A model generated the notes under the pieces. It was not told the origin of the DNA. It made no database searches and saw only the letters and a list, made by a program, of their open reading frames with translations. Positions 20,818 to 31,609 of a stretch of 64,000 nucleotides of DNA are shown piece after piece (the stretch's first letter is position 1; every line of letters starts with the position of its first letter). Source of the DNA: an uncultured delta proteobacterium (GTDB lineage Bacteria > Desulfobacterota > Desulfuromonadia > Desulfuromonadales > JACZKF01); assembly GCA_963816395.1 (NCBI GenBank), contig CAWFKQ010000015.1, positions 1-64,000 on the forward strand, read 5' to 3'. The translations under genes and the position numbers were made by a program.

Positions 20818-22035
20818 TCAATGCAGCCCCGGCACCACCTCCACCTTGACCCATCCCTGCTGGTGACGATCGAACGCCTGATAGGCCTCGATGGCCGAGC
20901 CGAGGGGCTCGACCTGGGTGAGAATTTTCGCCGGATCGACGATCCCGCTCTCCACCAGTTCCAGCAGCAGGGGGATGTATTTGCGGTGATTGCAGTTGCC
21001 CATCTTGACGGTGAGGTTCTTCATCATCGCCTTGCCGATGGGGAAGAGCTGCACCGTCTCCGGGTAGACGCCGATGATCGCCAGGGTGCCGGCCTTGGCC
21101 AGCGCCTCCACCGCCCACATCAGGGCCAGCGAAGGGGCGTTGCCCGGGTGCCACAGATCGGCCTGGGGATGGGTTTCGGGGGCCACCTGCTGCAGCTCGC
21201 GGCGGAACTCCTCCTGCAGCTGGCGCGCCTTCTCCGCCGCCGGCCCGCTTTCCGGCATCTGCGCGTCGACGCCGACGGCGTCGATGCAGCGGTCGACGCC
21301 GATGTCGCCGGTCAGCCGGAGGATCGTTTCCACCGGGTCCTCGGCGCCGAAATCGATCACCTCCGCCCCCTGGGCGCGCGCCATGTCGAGGCGCGAGGCG
21401 ACCTGGTCGACCGCGAGAATGCGGCCGGCGCCGAAGATCTTGGCGCTGGCGATGACGAACTGCCCCACCGGGCCGCAGCCGAAGACGGCGACCGTGTCCC
21501 CGTGCTTGATCTCCGCCAGCTCCGCCCCGAAATAGCCGGTGGGGAAGATGTCGGAGATGAGGATCGCCTGGTCGTCGGTGACCTTCTCCGGAATTTTCAC
21601 CAGGCCGACATGGGCGAAGGGGACGCGGACCTTCTCCGCCTGCATGCCGTGAAAGGGGCCGGTCGGTTTCGGGCCGCCGTAAAAGGCGGTGCCGGCCCGG
21701 CGGCCGTTCGGGTTGGCGTTGTCGCACTGGGCGTAGTAGCCGGCGCGGCAGTAGGAGCAGTAGCCGCAGGCGATGGTGGAGGGGATGACCACCCGGTCGC
21801 CGATGCTGAGGTTGCGCACCTCGGCGCCGATCTCCTCGACCACTCCCACCCCCTCATGGCCGAGGATGGTTCCTGGCTCCATCATCGCCATGCTGCCGCG
21901 CACCATGTGCAGGTCGGTGCCGCAGACGGCGCTGGCTGTCAGCCGGACGATGGCGTCGGTCGGATTCTGGATCTTCGGTTCCGGCACTTCCTCCAGACGG
22001 ATGTCTCCGATTCCTTGAAAAACGACGGCTTTCAT
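20818..22035 (-). CDS. Zinc-dependent alcohol/formaldehyde dehydrogenase
   Basis: CGTDLH, GHEGVG, CGYCSYC...C, SDIFPTG, GCGPVG. Confidence 0.92.
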   Translation of the reverse strand: MKAVVFQGIGDIRLEEVPEPKIQNPTDAIVRLTASAVCGTDLHMVRGSMAMMEPGTILGHEGVGVVEEIGAEVRNLSIGDRVVIPSTIACGYCSYCRAGYYAQCDNANPNGRRAGTAFYGGPKPTGPFHGMQAEKVRVPFAHVGLVKIPEKVTDDQAILISDIFPTGYFGAELAEIKHGDTVAVFGCGPVGQFVIASAKIFGAGRILAVDQVASRLDMARAQGAEVIDFGAEDPVETILRLTGDIGVDRCIDAVGVDAQMPESGPAAEKARQLQEEFRRELQQVAPETHPQADLWHPGNAPSLALMWAVEALAKAGTLAIIGVYPETVQLFPIGKAMMKNLTVKMGNCNHRKYIPLLLELVESGIVDPAKILTQVEPLGSAIEAYQAFDRHQQGWVKVEVVPGLH

Positions 22036-22415
22036 CGATTCTCTCCTTGCGTTTCGACCCGCCGAGAACGCCGGGTCCGGTTTTCTCTCTCTTTTGGCTT
22101 TCTCCCACTTTAGCCGTCAGGTATCCCTTGTCAACTGCCCTAAAAATCATAAGGTTACGGATTTTAAGGCGTTTTTCAGTAAATTTAATGAGTTGCGGGA
22201 AAATACAGGCGGTCGCCGTTGTTAATCCCGGGAAATATTCTATCGTTGGTCACGGGGAAATATTCCCGATTCGACTCGATCCCCGGAGGGGTATTGGGGG
22301 CTGGTGCATACCTGTGGTCTTCAGCACTGCGGTTGCCAGGCGGGGAATCATTTGACTCGTGAATCGTGATTGCCGCGTGCGTCTCTGCCGGGGATCGCCG
22401 GCTGGAGGAGGAAAA

Positions 22416-23945
22416 ATGAGTGAGGGGGGAGATGTCCGGCCCGGGGAAGAGAGATTCCCCGGGGAACACTATTTCCGGCTGCTGGCCGGAAGTATCCCGG
22501 ATATTCTGTTTGTCTACCGCTGCCGGCCGGAGCGGCGTTTCGCCTTTCTCAGCGACAGCATTGCCGACCTCACCGGCCATCCCCCGGAAGAGCATCTACG
22601 CCGATCCTGAACTCATCTTCCAATTCTGCCATCCCGACGACCGCGCCCTCCTTGCCGAGCTGATCGACAGCGGCCGCTTTCCGGCCGGCTCCCTGTCCCT
22701 GCGCTGGCTGCGGCCGGACGGGGAAGCGCGCCGGCTGGCCTTGCGCGGCGGGCAGGAAGTCGACGCCGAGGGGCAGCCGGTGGCCGTGGTCGGCCTTGCC
22801 CGCGACGATGAGCGCCGCCGATGCGGCCGAGGCGGCGAGGCGGGAGGAAGAGAGCCGCTATCACCGGCTGTTCGAGAGCATGCAGGAGACTTTCGCCCTG
22901 GACGAACTCCTCTACGATGACCAGGGGCGGCCGGCTGGACTGGCGGATTCTGGACGTGAACCCCGCCTACGAGCGGATCTTCCATCTGCCTCGGGAGCAG
23001 GTGGTCGGCCAGCCGGCGAGCGCCGTCTACGGCCGGAAGATCGTCGATGACTATCTGCCTCTGCTCAACCGGGTGGCGGCCAGCGGGGAACCGGAGCGCT
23101 TCGATTACCAGAGCGAGGACCGCGCCTTCCTGGTCTGCATCTTCTCCCTCGGCGACCGGCGCGTGGGCAGCCTGGGGCTGGATATCACCGAGCGCCGGCG
23201 GGCGGAGAAGGAGCGGGAGAAGCTGCTGGCGCAGCTGGAAAACCGGGTGGCGGAGCTCGATGCGCTGCAGGAGCAGCGGGAGACCTACCTTTCCACCATC
23301 TCCCACGACCTGCGCAGCCCCCTGACGGTGATCCAGGGGCATGCCCAGCTGCTGCAGGTCATGTTGAAGAAAGGGCTGGACGGCGCGGCGCAGCAGAGTC
23401 TCGAGGCGATCCTGAAAGGGGCCGAGGGGATGGCGGAGATGATCGACACCCTGGTGGATACCGCCTACCTGGAGAGCGGCCAGCTGTCCCTGAAGCCGGA
23501 GCCGGTGCCTCTGGCCGCCTTTATCGGCGACCTGCTGCAGCGTTCGGCGACGGTCCTGGAAACCGAGCGGATCGAACTGGAACTGCCGGCGGAGCTGCCG
23601 CCGGTGCTGGCCGACCCGGTGCGCCTGGAGCGCATCCTGGTCAATCTGCTCTCCAATGCCCTCAAATACTCGCCGCCGGAGTCGCCGGTGCGGCTGGAGG
23701 GGTGGCGGGTGGCGGAAGGAGTGGCGGTGGCGGTGATCGACCGCGGCCGCGGCATCGCCGCCGAGGACCTGCCGTACATCTTCGATCGCTACTACCGGAC
23801 GCGCAACGGGCGCAAGGGAAAGGGGATCGGCCTGGGGCTGTATATCGCCCGGCTGCTGGTGGAGGCGCACGGCGGGCAGATCCGGGCGGCAAGCGAGGCG
23901 GGCAAGGGGAGCACCTTCGTTTTCACCCTGCCGGCGGCGGAGTGA
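22416..23945 (+). CDS. PAS-domain sensor histidine kinase, several frameshifts
   Basis: PAS fragments (HPDDR; DVNPAYERI), SHDLRSPL, NLLSNALKY, GIGLGL. Confidence 0.8.
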
Positions 23946-23951
23946 GGCGTC

Positions 23952-25262
23952 TCAGGGCGGGAATCCTCCCACCGCAGGCCCGGTCGCCTCGGTTTCGGGG
24001 AGGCTGAGGACGGCATCGCCGGCGGCGTGGGTGATGTTGCGCAGGATCTTCCACTCCTCCCCGAAGCGGCGGCGGGCGATGCTCCAGGGGCTGGTGGCGA
24101 GTGCCGGCGGGGAAGGGGCAAGGCCGACCAGCGAGGTGTAGAGACCGAGCAGGCGGGCGGCGGTGGCGGGCAGGGAGAATTCGGCGGCGGTCCGGGCCAC
24201 CCCGGCGCGCAACCGCTCCCGGCCGGCCGGCGGCAGGGTGGCGATCCAGGCCAGCGCGGCGGCGAACGCCTCCGGCTCTTCCCGGGGGAGGAGGCGGCCG
24301 TTGTCGCCATCCCGCAGCACATCCTGAACGCCGGGGGCGTCCACGGCGACGACCGGCACTCCCGCCGCCATCGCTTCGGTCAGGACCATCCCCTGGGTTT
24401 CGGTCTGGCTGGCGAAGGCGAACACGTCCATGGCGGCGTAGGCCTCGGCCAAGGCTGCGCGGTCGAGAACCCCGAGGAAATGGAAGCGGTCGGCCAGGCC
24501 GCGGCGGCTAAAGGCGGCCCGCAGCAACTCGGCGGCCGGGCCGCCGCCGGCGAGCAGAAAACAGGCGCGCGGGTTCCGCTGCAGGTAGCGGACCACTGCC
24601 TCGGCGAGGAAGGCCGGATTCTTTTCCGGCGCCAGGCGCCCGACATGGCCGATGACAAAGCTGCCCGGGGGGATGCCCGCCCGGGCCCGGCAGGCGGCGC
24701 CGTCGCCGCCAGCGAAGACCCCGAGGTCGACGCCGGTGGGAATGATCTCCACCGGCACCTTCACTCCCCGCCGGCGCAGCAGCTCCGCCACCCAGCGCCC
24801 GGGGGCGATCACCACGTTGCACAGATTGCAGTAGCCGGTGACCAGGTCGGCGACGAAGCGCCGCAGCAGCGGCGAATCGCCTGGTACGTAGTGGGTGTAG
24901 TGCTCGTACATGGTGTGGTGGGTAAAGACCACCGGCAGCTGCCTGCCGGCGGCGATACGCAGGGCGGTATCGCCGAGGAGAAACGGGTGGTGGGAATGGA
25001 CGATCTCCGGGGCGAAGTCGCGCAGCGCCGAACTCAGCTTGCCGGGTATCGGCACCGGCAGGGAGAAGTCGCTGCCGTTGAAATGCTGGACCGCCGGCAG
25101 GCGGACGGTGTCCGTTTCCGCCGCCGGGGCGTCGGCGAATATCGGGGCGACGACCAGGACCCGATGCCCGAGACGGCGGAATTCTCCGGCGAATCCCTCG
25201 ACGCTGCGCGCCACTCCGCTCACGTGCGGCGTGTAGGTGTTGGTGACCATCAGAATATTCAT
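23952..25262 (-). CDS. Glycosyltransferase family 4
   Basis: HSHHPF, GRLAPEKN, ETQGMVLTEAMAAG. Confidence 0.9.
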   Translation of the reverse strand: MNILMVTNTYTPHVSGVARSVEGFAGEFRRLGHRVLVVAPIFADAPAAETDTVRLPAVQHFNGSDFSLPVPIPGKLSSALRDFAPEIVHSHHPFLLGDTALRIAAGRQLPVVFTHHTMYEHYTHYVPGDSPLLRRFVADLVTGYCNLCNVVIAPGRWVAELLRRRGVKVPVEIIPTGVDLGVFAGGDGAACRARAGIPPGSFVIGHVGRLAPEKNPAFLAEAVVRYLQRNPRACFLLAGGGPAAELLRAAFSRRGLADRFHFLGVLDRAALAEAYAAMDVFAFASQTETQGMVLTEAMAAGVPVVAVDAPGVQDVLRDGDNGRLLPREEPEAFAAALAWIATLPPAGRERLRAGVARTAAEFSLPATAARLLGLYTSLVGLAPSPPALATSPWSIARRRFGEEWKILRNITHAAGDAVLSLPETEATGPAVGGFPP

Positions 25263-25561
25263 GGCCGGACCCGCTTTCCCGGGGACGGCAACACCCCGCC
25301 CGGTGCTTCGAAAGTTCGCTTTATTGCTTTTCCTGGTTATGCCCGTGACGCCGGTAAAGCCACTTTTTCGAACCGAAGCAATTTACTTCACTGGAGCAAA
25401 GTGAATAACCCGCTTGCTTTTATCGTCTGCGGGCGGGCTGCAGACCCTTTGGGAACGGACGGCTCTCACTTTCCTCCATGGTCCAAGTCAGTCTAGCAAC
25501 CTTTCCCAGCGCTGCAAGAAAACTTTTTTCGAGCCGCGGCCTGGCGGGAGCAGGGAAAATG

Positions 25562-27614
25562 CTACCGGCGCCGCTGCGGCGAGGTCTCGGTCAGGGCCAG
25601 GCAGCGCAGCACCTCGGCCACGCTCCAGGACTGGGCGATGCAGCCGCGCGGGGTGTGCGGCGGTTCGGCATCGAAAATTTCGCCGATGGAGCCGATGCAG
25701 CCCTCCTGCAGAATGGTGAGCAGACCGGAGAGAAAAGACCGGGCGGTCTCCCGCTCCTGCGGATGCACCCGCAGCCAGGCGTCGATGAAAGGGCCGATCA
25801 GCCAGGCCCATACCGTCCCCTGGTGATAGGCGGCGTCGCGGGCGCGCAGATCGCCGCAATAGCGCGGCCGGTAATCGGGATGGCTCGGGAGCCAGGGAGC
25901 GCAGACCGACCGGGGTGAGCAGGCGCCGGCGGACTGTTTCCAGCACCGCTTGCCAGTGCTGCCGGTCGAGAACCGGGTGGGGAAGGGAGATAGCGAAAAT
26001 CTGGTTCGGCCGGCAGGCCGGGTCGTCCCCCGCCTCGCCGTCGACGACGTCGTAAAGGCAGTTCTCCCCGGCATTCCAGAAGCGCCGGTTGAAGCTCTCC
26101 CGCACCTGCTCGGCCGCTTCCGCCAGGGGGGTGGCCGCCGCTTCGCCGTCCGTCTCCCGCTGCCATTCCTCCATCAGCCGCAGAGCATGGTACCAGAGGG
26201 CGTTGATCTCCACCGCCTTGCCGCGGCGCGGGGTGATGACCTCGCCGTCGGTTCTGGCATCCATCCAGGTCAGCGCCTCATCGCCGGCTCCCTGGCGCAG
26301 CAGCCCGTCGGCCGGGTCGACGGCGATGCCGAAGTGGGTCCCCTGGCGATACCTGTCGATCGTCTCCTGCAGGCGGGGGAGCAACTGGCGCAGCAGCCGC
26401 CGGTCGCCGGTCGCCTGCAGGTATCTGCCGATGGCGTGCATAAACCAGAGGGTGGCGTCGGCGGTATTGTAGAGCCCTTCCTTCCGTCCCTCGGGAAACA
26501 GGTTGGGGATCAGCCCGTCGCGCAGGTGATGGGCAAAGGTGCGCAGGATCCACCCGGCTTCCCGGTAGCGTCCGGTGCTCAGGGTGAGTCCTTCCAGGCT
26601 GATCATGGCATCGCGGCCCCAGTCGGTGAACCAGTGGTAGCCGGCGATGATGGTGCCGACCTGGTCGCCCGTGGCATGGGCGCGGGCGGTCTCCTCGACC
26701 CGGCCGGCCGGACTGACGAGGAACTGGTCCGCCGCCAGCACCAGTTCGGCGGTCGTCCCCTCGGGACTGCCGGCCATGTCCAGCAGGCGCCGGCGGCGTT
26801 CGCGTTCCGCCGCCAGGACCTCCTCCAGGCTCAGGGCACTCAGGGTCCGCCACGATTCGGTCGAGGCCACCAGGGTCGTGTCCCGCCCCGGCAGCAGATC
26901 GGTATTGAACGATCCGGGGGTCCACAGGCTGCCGCAGGCCTCATAGCCGCGTTCCTCCTCCTGCCGGTAGCAGAACTCCCGGGCCCCGAAGCCGAAGAAG
27001 GTGAAGGCCGAGCGTTCCCCGTACAGCCGCAGCTTCAGCCTGGGCAGTTCGGGGGAGGAGGAAATCTCGTACTGCTCGCCGGTGATCGACAGCATATAGG
27101 GGGAAGGCGGCGGCGTGTCGACCCGCGCCTCGTGGGAGCGGAACTGGATGCACGGGCGCAGCTCCAGGCGCACCGGCCAGGCGCCGGCCAGGAAACGGTA
27201 GGAAATGTACGTCGTATTCTGCCGGTAGGGCATCACCAGGCGTTTTTCCAGGCTCACCCCCTCGACCTCGAAGCGCCACACCGGCAGTCCGTTTTCCAGC
27301 CGGAACTCGGCCAGATAGAGGAGGGAGGAGCGCAGGGCTTCCCGTTCGGGCTGCTCCTCATAGCCAAGGCGGACGACCGTCCCGTCACGGAAGACCAGCT
27401 GCTCCGAAACCTGGTTCAGCATGACCATCCGCCCGAAGGGGGCGGGGAGGGCGGCGACCAGCAGCCCGTGGTAGCGGCGGGTGAGGGCGCCGGCAACCGT
27501 TCCCGAGGCGTAGCCGCCGAGGCCGTTGGTTACCAGCCATTCGCGACGCAGAAAGGGCTCGGGATCGATTTCCTCCGGCCCCGGCCCCGGTATGCGGCGA
27601 ACCAGTTCTTCCAT
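25562..27614 (-). CDS. Amylo-alpha-1,6-glucosidase (glycogen-debranching family), frameshift near 25885
   Basis: REWLVTNGLGGYASGT, AGYHWFTDWGRD, TWMD, AYHQGTVWAWL, QSWSVAE. Confidence 0.9.
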
Positions 27615-27623
27615 GGGTCTCCT

Positions 27624-27783
27624 TAGTGAGATAGTGAGTAGTGAGATAGTGAGATAGAAAAACCCGTCCTACCCACGAACTCCACAACTCTCCAATTTTG
27701 ATTTTACTATCTCCCTACCTCACTACCTTACTACCCCCCTGATTTTTTTCTATCTCCCTACCTGACTATCTACCTACCTCACT
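27624..27783. repeat. Octamer-like arrays (TAGTGAGA) with complementary CTACCTCA/CTATCTCC arrays
   Basis: tagtgagatagtgagtagtgagatagtgagatag ... ctatctccctacctcactacc (twice). Confidence 0.8.
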
Positions 27784-27911
27784 GGTTTTTGAAAGCTCCG
27801 GCCGGAGCTGGCAGCGCCAGTCCGGCCGGTTCCTTCAGCTACCCCACCGAAGGTGCCGCAGGTCGGTGTACGAGGGGGCTGCGGCGCCGGGGTGAGAGTT
27901 GCCTGCCGGGC

Positions 27912-28505
27912 CTACATGCCCTTGCGCTCCCCCTTCTCCTCCAGGGTGCCGGGTTGCTGCATGGTGCCAGGGTGCTGCATCGTGCCGGGCTCCTGCAGGC
28001 GCTCCTGAGTCCCGGTCGACTCCCAATAAGGGGCTACGCCGTAGAACTGGTGAATCTTCTGTTCTTTTTCGCGGGTCAGGCTCTTGTCCAGTTTCCCCTG
28101 CGGAGCCTGCTTGAGTTGATCGGCGCTCATGTTGCTCAGGGCCAGGGTTTTCTGCTGCGGCTCGACCTTCAGTGCCTGCCAGGGAATGATGAGGTCTTTG
28201 CCTTGGGAGGAGACGGTCACGTAACCGATCTGTCCATGCTGCAGATCGATGCCCACCTTATCCACCTTGCCGATCTTCTTCCCCTGGTTATCCTGCACCG
28301 TAAAATCCTGGAGATCATTGGCGGTGCGGATCTGCTCCTGCCCCGTGGCCTGCGCCTGCGCACCTGACATGGCGCCGGACATCTGACCCGAGGTGGCTTT
28401 CTCTTTCTGTTCCGATTTCCCATATTCGCCGGCGGCCATCGATACCCCTGCGGTAACGAGGCTCATCAGGAACGCGGCGGCGGTCCAGAGTGCTGCTTTC
28501 TTCAT
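27912..28505 (-). CDS. Exported PRC-barrel domain protein
   Basis: Signal peptide; VQDNQGKKIGKVDKV...IPWQAL; FYGVAPYWE. Confidence 0.85.
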   Translation of the reverse strand: MKKAALWTAAAFLMSLVTAGVSMAAGEYGKSEQKEKATSGQMSGAMSGAQAQATGQEQIRTANDLQDFTVQDNQGKKIGKVDKVGIDLQHGQIGYVTVSSQGKDLIIPWQALKVEPQQKTLALSNMSADQLKQAPQGKLDKSLTREKEQKIHQFYGVAPYWESTGTQERLQEPGTMQHPGTMQQPGTLEEKGERKGM

Positions 28506-28617
28506 TGCGGTTTCTCCTTGGTTAGGGTTGCCCGTTCCGCCCGCCTGAGGCCAGGCGGCGCGGAAGCTGAATGCCTGTTAGCTGATTCCTCCGGTGCAGC
28601 TGCCCCCCCAGCCAAGC

Positions 28618-29253
28618 CTACTGCTGGCTTCCGGCTGGCTGCTGCTGTGGTTTTTGCTGTTGCTCCTGCTGCTGGGCGCCCGAACTCTCCCAATAGGGGG
28701 CTACTCCGTAGAACCGGTGGATTTCCGCTCCCTGCTGGCGGTTCAGAGCCTGTTCGAGGTTCCCCTCTGGCGCTTCCTTGAGTTTGCCGGCTGGGACATC
28801 AAGCAGCAGGGTGCCGCTTTCGCCCGGCTTGAGGGCCTTGAAGGGGACAATGTACTTCTTCTCGCCCATGCCGAGGACGCCGCCGGCAGAGACGATGGCG
28901 TAACCGACCTGGCCGCTTTTGAGGTCGATCAGCAGCTTGGAGACCTTCCCGAGCTTTTCACCCTTGGTATTCTGCACCGCGGCTCCCTCGATTTCCGCCG
29001 CGGAGCGGATATTCTGCTGCTGCCCGGCGGCACCGACTTTTTCCTGCTGGACAGGCTTTTTCTGCTGGTCCTTTTCCATGCTCTGGCCAGCGGCGGCGCC
29101 GGAATCGTTGGGCCTGCTCTTCCCTTCCACCGCCGCGAGGGTCCCACCGGCCATCAGCATGCTGGCGGCGAAAGCGGTGGCGACGAACAGGGCGGTTCGC
29201 TTCAGGAAAAAATTCTTTTTCACTTCGCGCGTTGATTGTTCCCTGGTGTCCAT
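28618..29253 (-). CDS. Exported PRC-barrel domain protein (paralogue of neighbour)
   Basis: VQNTKGEKLGKV...GGVLGMGEK...VPFKAL; FYGVAPYWE; start may be GTG near 29223. Confidence 0.85.
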   Translation of the reverse strand: MDTREQSTREVKKNFFLKRTALFVATAFAASMLMAGGTLAAVEGKSRPNDSGAAAGQSMEKDQQKKPVQQEKVGAAGQQQNIRSAAEIEGAAVQNTKGEKLGKVSKLLIDLKSGQVGYAIVSAGGVLGMGEKKYIVPFKALKPGESGTLLLDVPAGKLKEAPEGNLEQALNRQQGAEIHRFYGVAPYWESSGAQQQEQQQKPQQQPAGSQQ

Positions 29254-29295
29254 TTCTTTCTATTGCTCCTTTTCGCTCGTTACGAGCGACCCGGA

Positions 29296-29748
29296 TCAGT
29301 GCATCCGTTTCTTGACGCGTTCCTTCTCTTCCTGGAAGCGCTTGAGAATTTCCCCGGCTTCCTGGTCGCTGAAGCTCTTGCGCACGTCGTCGAAGATTTC
29401 GTGCTCCTCTTCCCGGAGATGATGCTCCACCATCTCCCGCAGCACCATCGTCTTGGCGCGGAAGCGTTCGTCGTTCGGGGAAAGCTCCTCCAGTTCGTGC
29501 AGTACCAGGCGCGCCGCATGGTGCTCTTCCATCGATTCCAGGGCATCTTCCTGGCAGTCGCGGCAGTGCTCTCGCACGGAGCTGTAAAGTGTGCGCTCCT
29601 CCGCCCGCATGTGGGGGAGCATCTCCTGATGCAGCTGATGCAGCAGCTCCTCCCGCTGGGCATTGTCTTCCGTATCCAGGAGCTGCTTAAAGATACTCCT
29701 GACTTCCTGGTGGTCGTGGCGCAGGGTTTCGAAGAGTTGATCGTGCAT
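29296..29748 (-). CDS. Hemerythrin (HHE) domain protein
   Basis: HDH, HMRAEE, EEH, HHLREEE. Confidence 0.85.
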   Translation of the reverse strand: MHDQLFETLRHDHQEVRSIFKQLLDTEDNAQREELLHQLHQEMLPHMRAEERTLYSSVREHCRDCQEDALESMEEHHAARLVLHELEELSPNDERFRAKTMVLREMVEHHLREEEHEIFDDVRKSFSDQEAGEILKRFQEEKERVKKRMH

Positions 29749-29969
29749 GCACTTGCTCCTTGGTCTGTCGGGTTGGCCAGTTATTTGTTGATTTCCTCTA
29801 TAGATCCATTTTGCCTGTTGTCAACGCCACCGAAGTTTGAAAAATGAGTAATTTCAATTAATTAAATATGAGGGCGGCCCTTTGGGGCGGCGATTGCCTT
29901 AGCCGGTGCCCCTGCTAAAGTTGACTCAGAAGGTTTCGGAGATCTTCGCGGCAAGGCGGGAGAAATGGC

Positions 29970-30782
29970 ATGCGCCAAAAACCGGAACCAGCCGGAAAAT
30001 CTCCGGTCGGCAGGGAGAAAGCAGGACCGCTGCATCGCTTTCTGCATTGGCTCGGGCGGCATGAATTATCGATCCTCATCATGGTGGTTCTGCTGGCCCT
30101 GGTGACCTGGGGGTTTGCCGAATTGGCCAATGAGGTCATGGAGGGGGAGACCCGCGCTTTCGACACCGCCGTGCTGCTGGCCCTGCGCAATCCCGCCGAC
30201 CTCAGCGACCCCCTCGGACCCCGCTGGCTGGAAGAGATGGTGCGTGATTTCACCGCCCTCGGCGGGGTGGGGGTGCTGAGCCTGGTGACCCTGGCGGCGG
30301 CCGGCTATCTTCTGCTGCAGCGCCAGGGAAGGGCGGCTCTCTTCCTGCTCGTCGCCATCGGTGGCGGACTCCTGCTGAGCTTTGCCCTCAAGCAGAATTT
30401 CGACCGGCCGCGGCCGGAGCTGGTGCCGCACGGGTCCTATGTCGTCACCTCCAGCTTCCCCAGCGGCCACTCGATGATGTCGGCGGTGACTTATCTCACC
30501 CTCGGGGCTCTCCTGGCCAGGGTGCATTCCCGCCGGGCGGTCAAGGCCTATCTGCTCCTGCTGGCGGTGCTGCTGACGGTTCTGGTCGGTTTCAGCCGGA
30601 TCTACCTCGGCGTTCACTGGCCGACCGATGTCCTGGCCGGCTGGGCGGCGGGAGGGGCCTGGGCGGTGTTCTGCTGGCTGGTCGCGCGCTGGCTGCAGCG
30701 GCGCGGCCAAGTCGAGCCGGAGATGCCGCCGGAGGAAGCGGAAACGAGAAGGCGGGGAGGAGAAGATGCTCAGGAGCACTAA
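29970..30782 (+). CDS. PAP2-family membrane phosphatase
   Basis: K..FDRPRP, SFPSGH, SRIYLGVHWPTDV. Confidence 0.92.
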   Translation: MRQKPEPAGKSPVGREKAGPLHRFLHWLGRHELSILIMVVLLALVTWGFAELANEVMEGETRAFDTAVLLALRNPADLSDPLGPRWLEEMVRDFTALGGVGVLSLVTLAAAGYLLLQRQGRAALFLLVAIGGGLLLSFALKQNFDRPRPELVPHGSYVVTSSFPSGHSMMSAVTYLTLGALLARVHSRRAVKAYLLLLAVLLTVLVGFSRIYLGVHWPTDVLAGWAAGGAWAVFCWLVARWLQRRGQVEPEMPPEEAETRRRGGEDAQEH

Positions 30783-31498
30783 GGCGATGGTCGGATTCCG
30801 GCTCCTCGCCAGAGACGGCGAAACCGGCAAAATCGCGGATATCCTCTTTGACGATGCCGCCTGGGGCGTCCGTTACCTGGTGGTGGAGGCCGGCTCCTGG
30901 CTCGCTGGACGGCAGGTGCTGATCGCCCCGGAGGCTCTGGAGGAGCCGGAATGGGAGAGCAAGCGGGTGCCGGTCAAGCTGACCAATGAGCAGGTGCGCC
31001 ACAGCCCGCCGCTGAGCGCCGGGGAGCCGGTTTCGCGGCGGCAGGCGGTCGCCCTGCATCGCCATTACGGCTGGGCCGTCCCGACCTGGTTCGCCGGCGA
31101 CTTCCATCTGGCTACGCCGCCCCGCGGGGAAGCCGCCGAGGAGTCGGAGGATGGAGGAAAAAAGCGATACGCACCTGCGCAGCAGCCGGGAGGTTTTCGA
31201 ATATCGCCTGCAGGCGACCGACGGCGAGATCGGTCACCTGGAGGATTTTCTGCTCGACGATCAGCATTGGCAGATCCGCTACCTGGTGGCGGATACCCGC
31301 AACTGGTGGCCGGGCAAGAAGATCCTGCTGGCGCCTCCGGAAATCCGTCGGATCGGCTGGGGGGAGAAGAAGGTACTGGTCGGCCGCTCGCGGCAGGAGA
31401 TCCGCAACAGCCCGGAATACAACCCGGATAAGCCGCTGGGGCGGGAATACGAGGTTCGCCTGCATGAATATTACGGTTGGCCTAAGTACTGGGTGTGA
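30766..31498 (+). CDS. Double PRC-barrel protein, frameshift near 31150
   Basis: MLRSTKAMVGFRLLARDGETG... and HLRSSREV...ATDGEIGHLEDF. Confidence 0.8.
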
Positions 31499-31510
31499 AC
31501 AGCAGGCTAA

Positions 31511-31590
31511 GTAGCGAGATAGTGAGGTAGCGAGGTAGTAATTTCAGGTTTTTCTATCTGCATTATTCTCAGCTACTGGACTACCTGCTG
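31511..31590. repeat. Octamer-like array (TAGYGAGR) with a degenerate complementary half
   Basis: gtagcgagatagtgaggtagcgaggtag ... ctatctg...ctcagctac...ctacctgc. Confidence 0.6.
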
Positions 31591-31609
31591 ATACAAAGGA
31601 ATTTACAAG

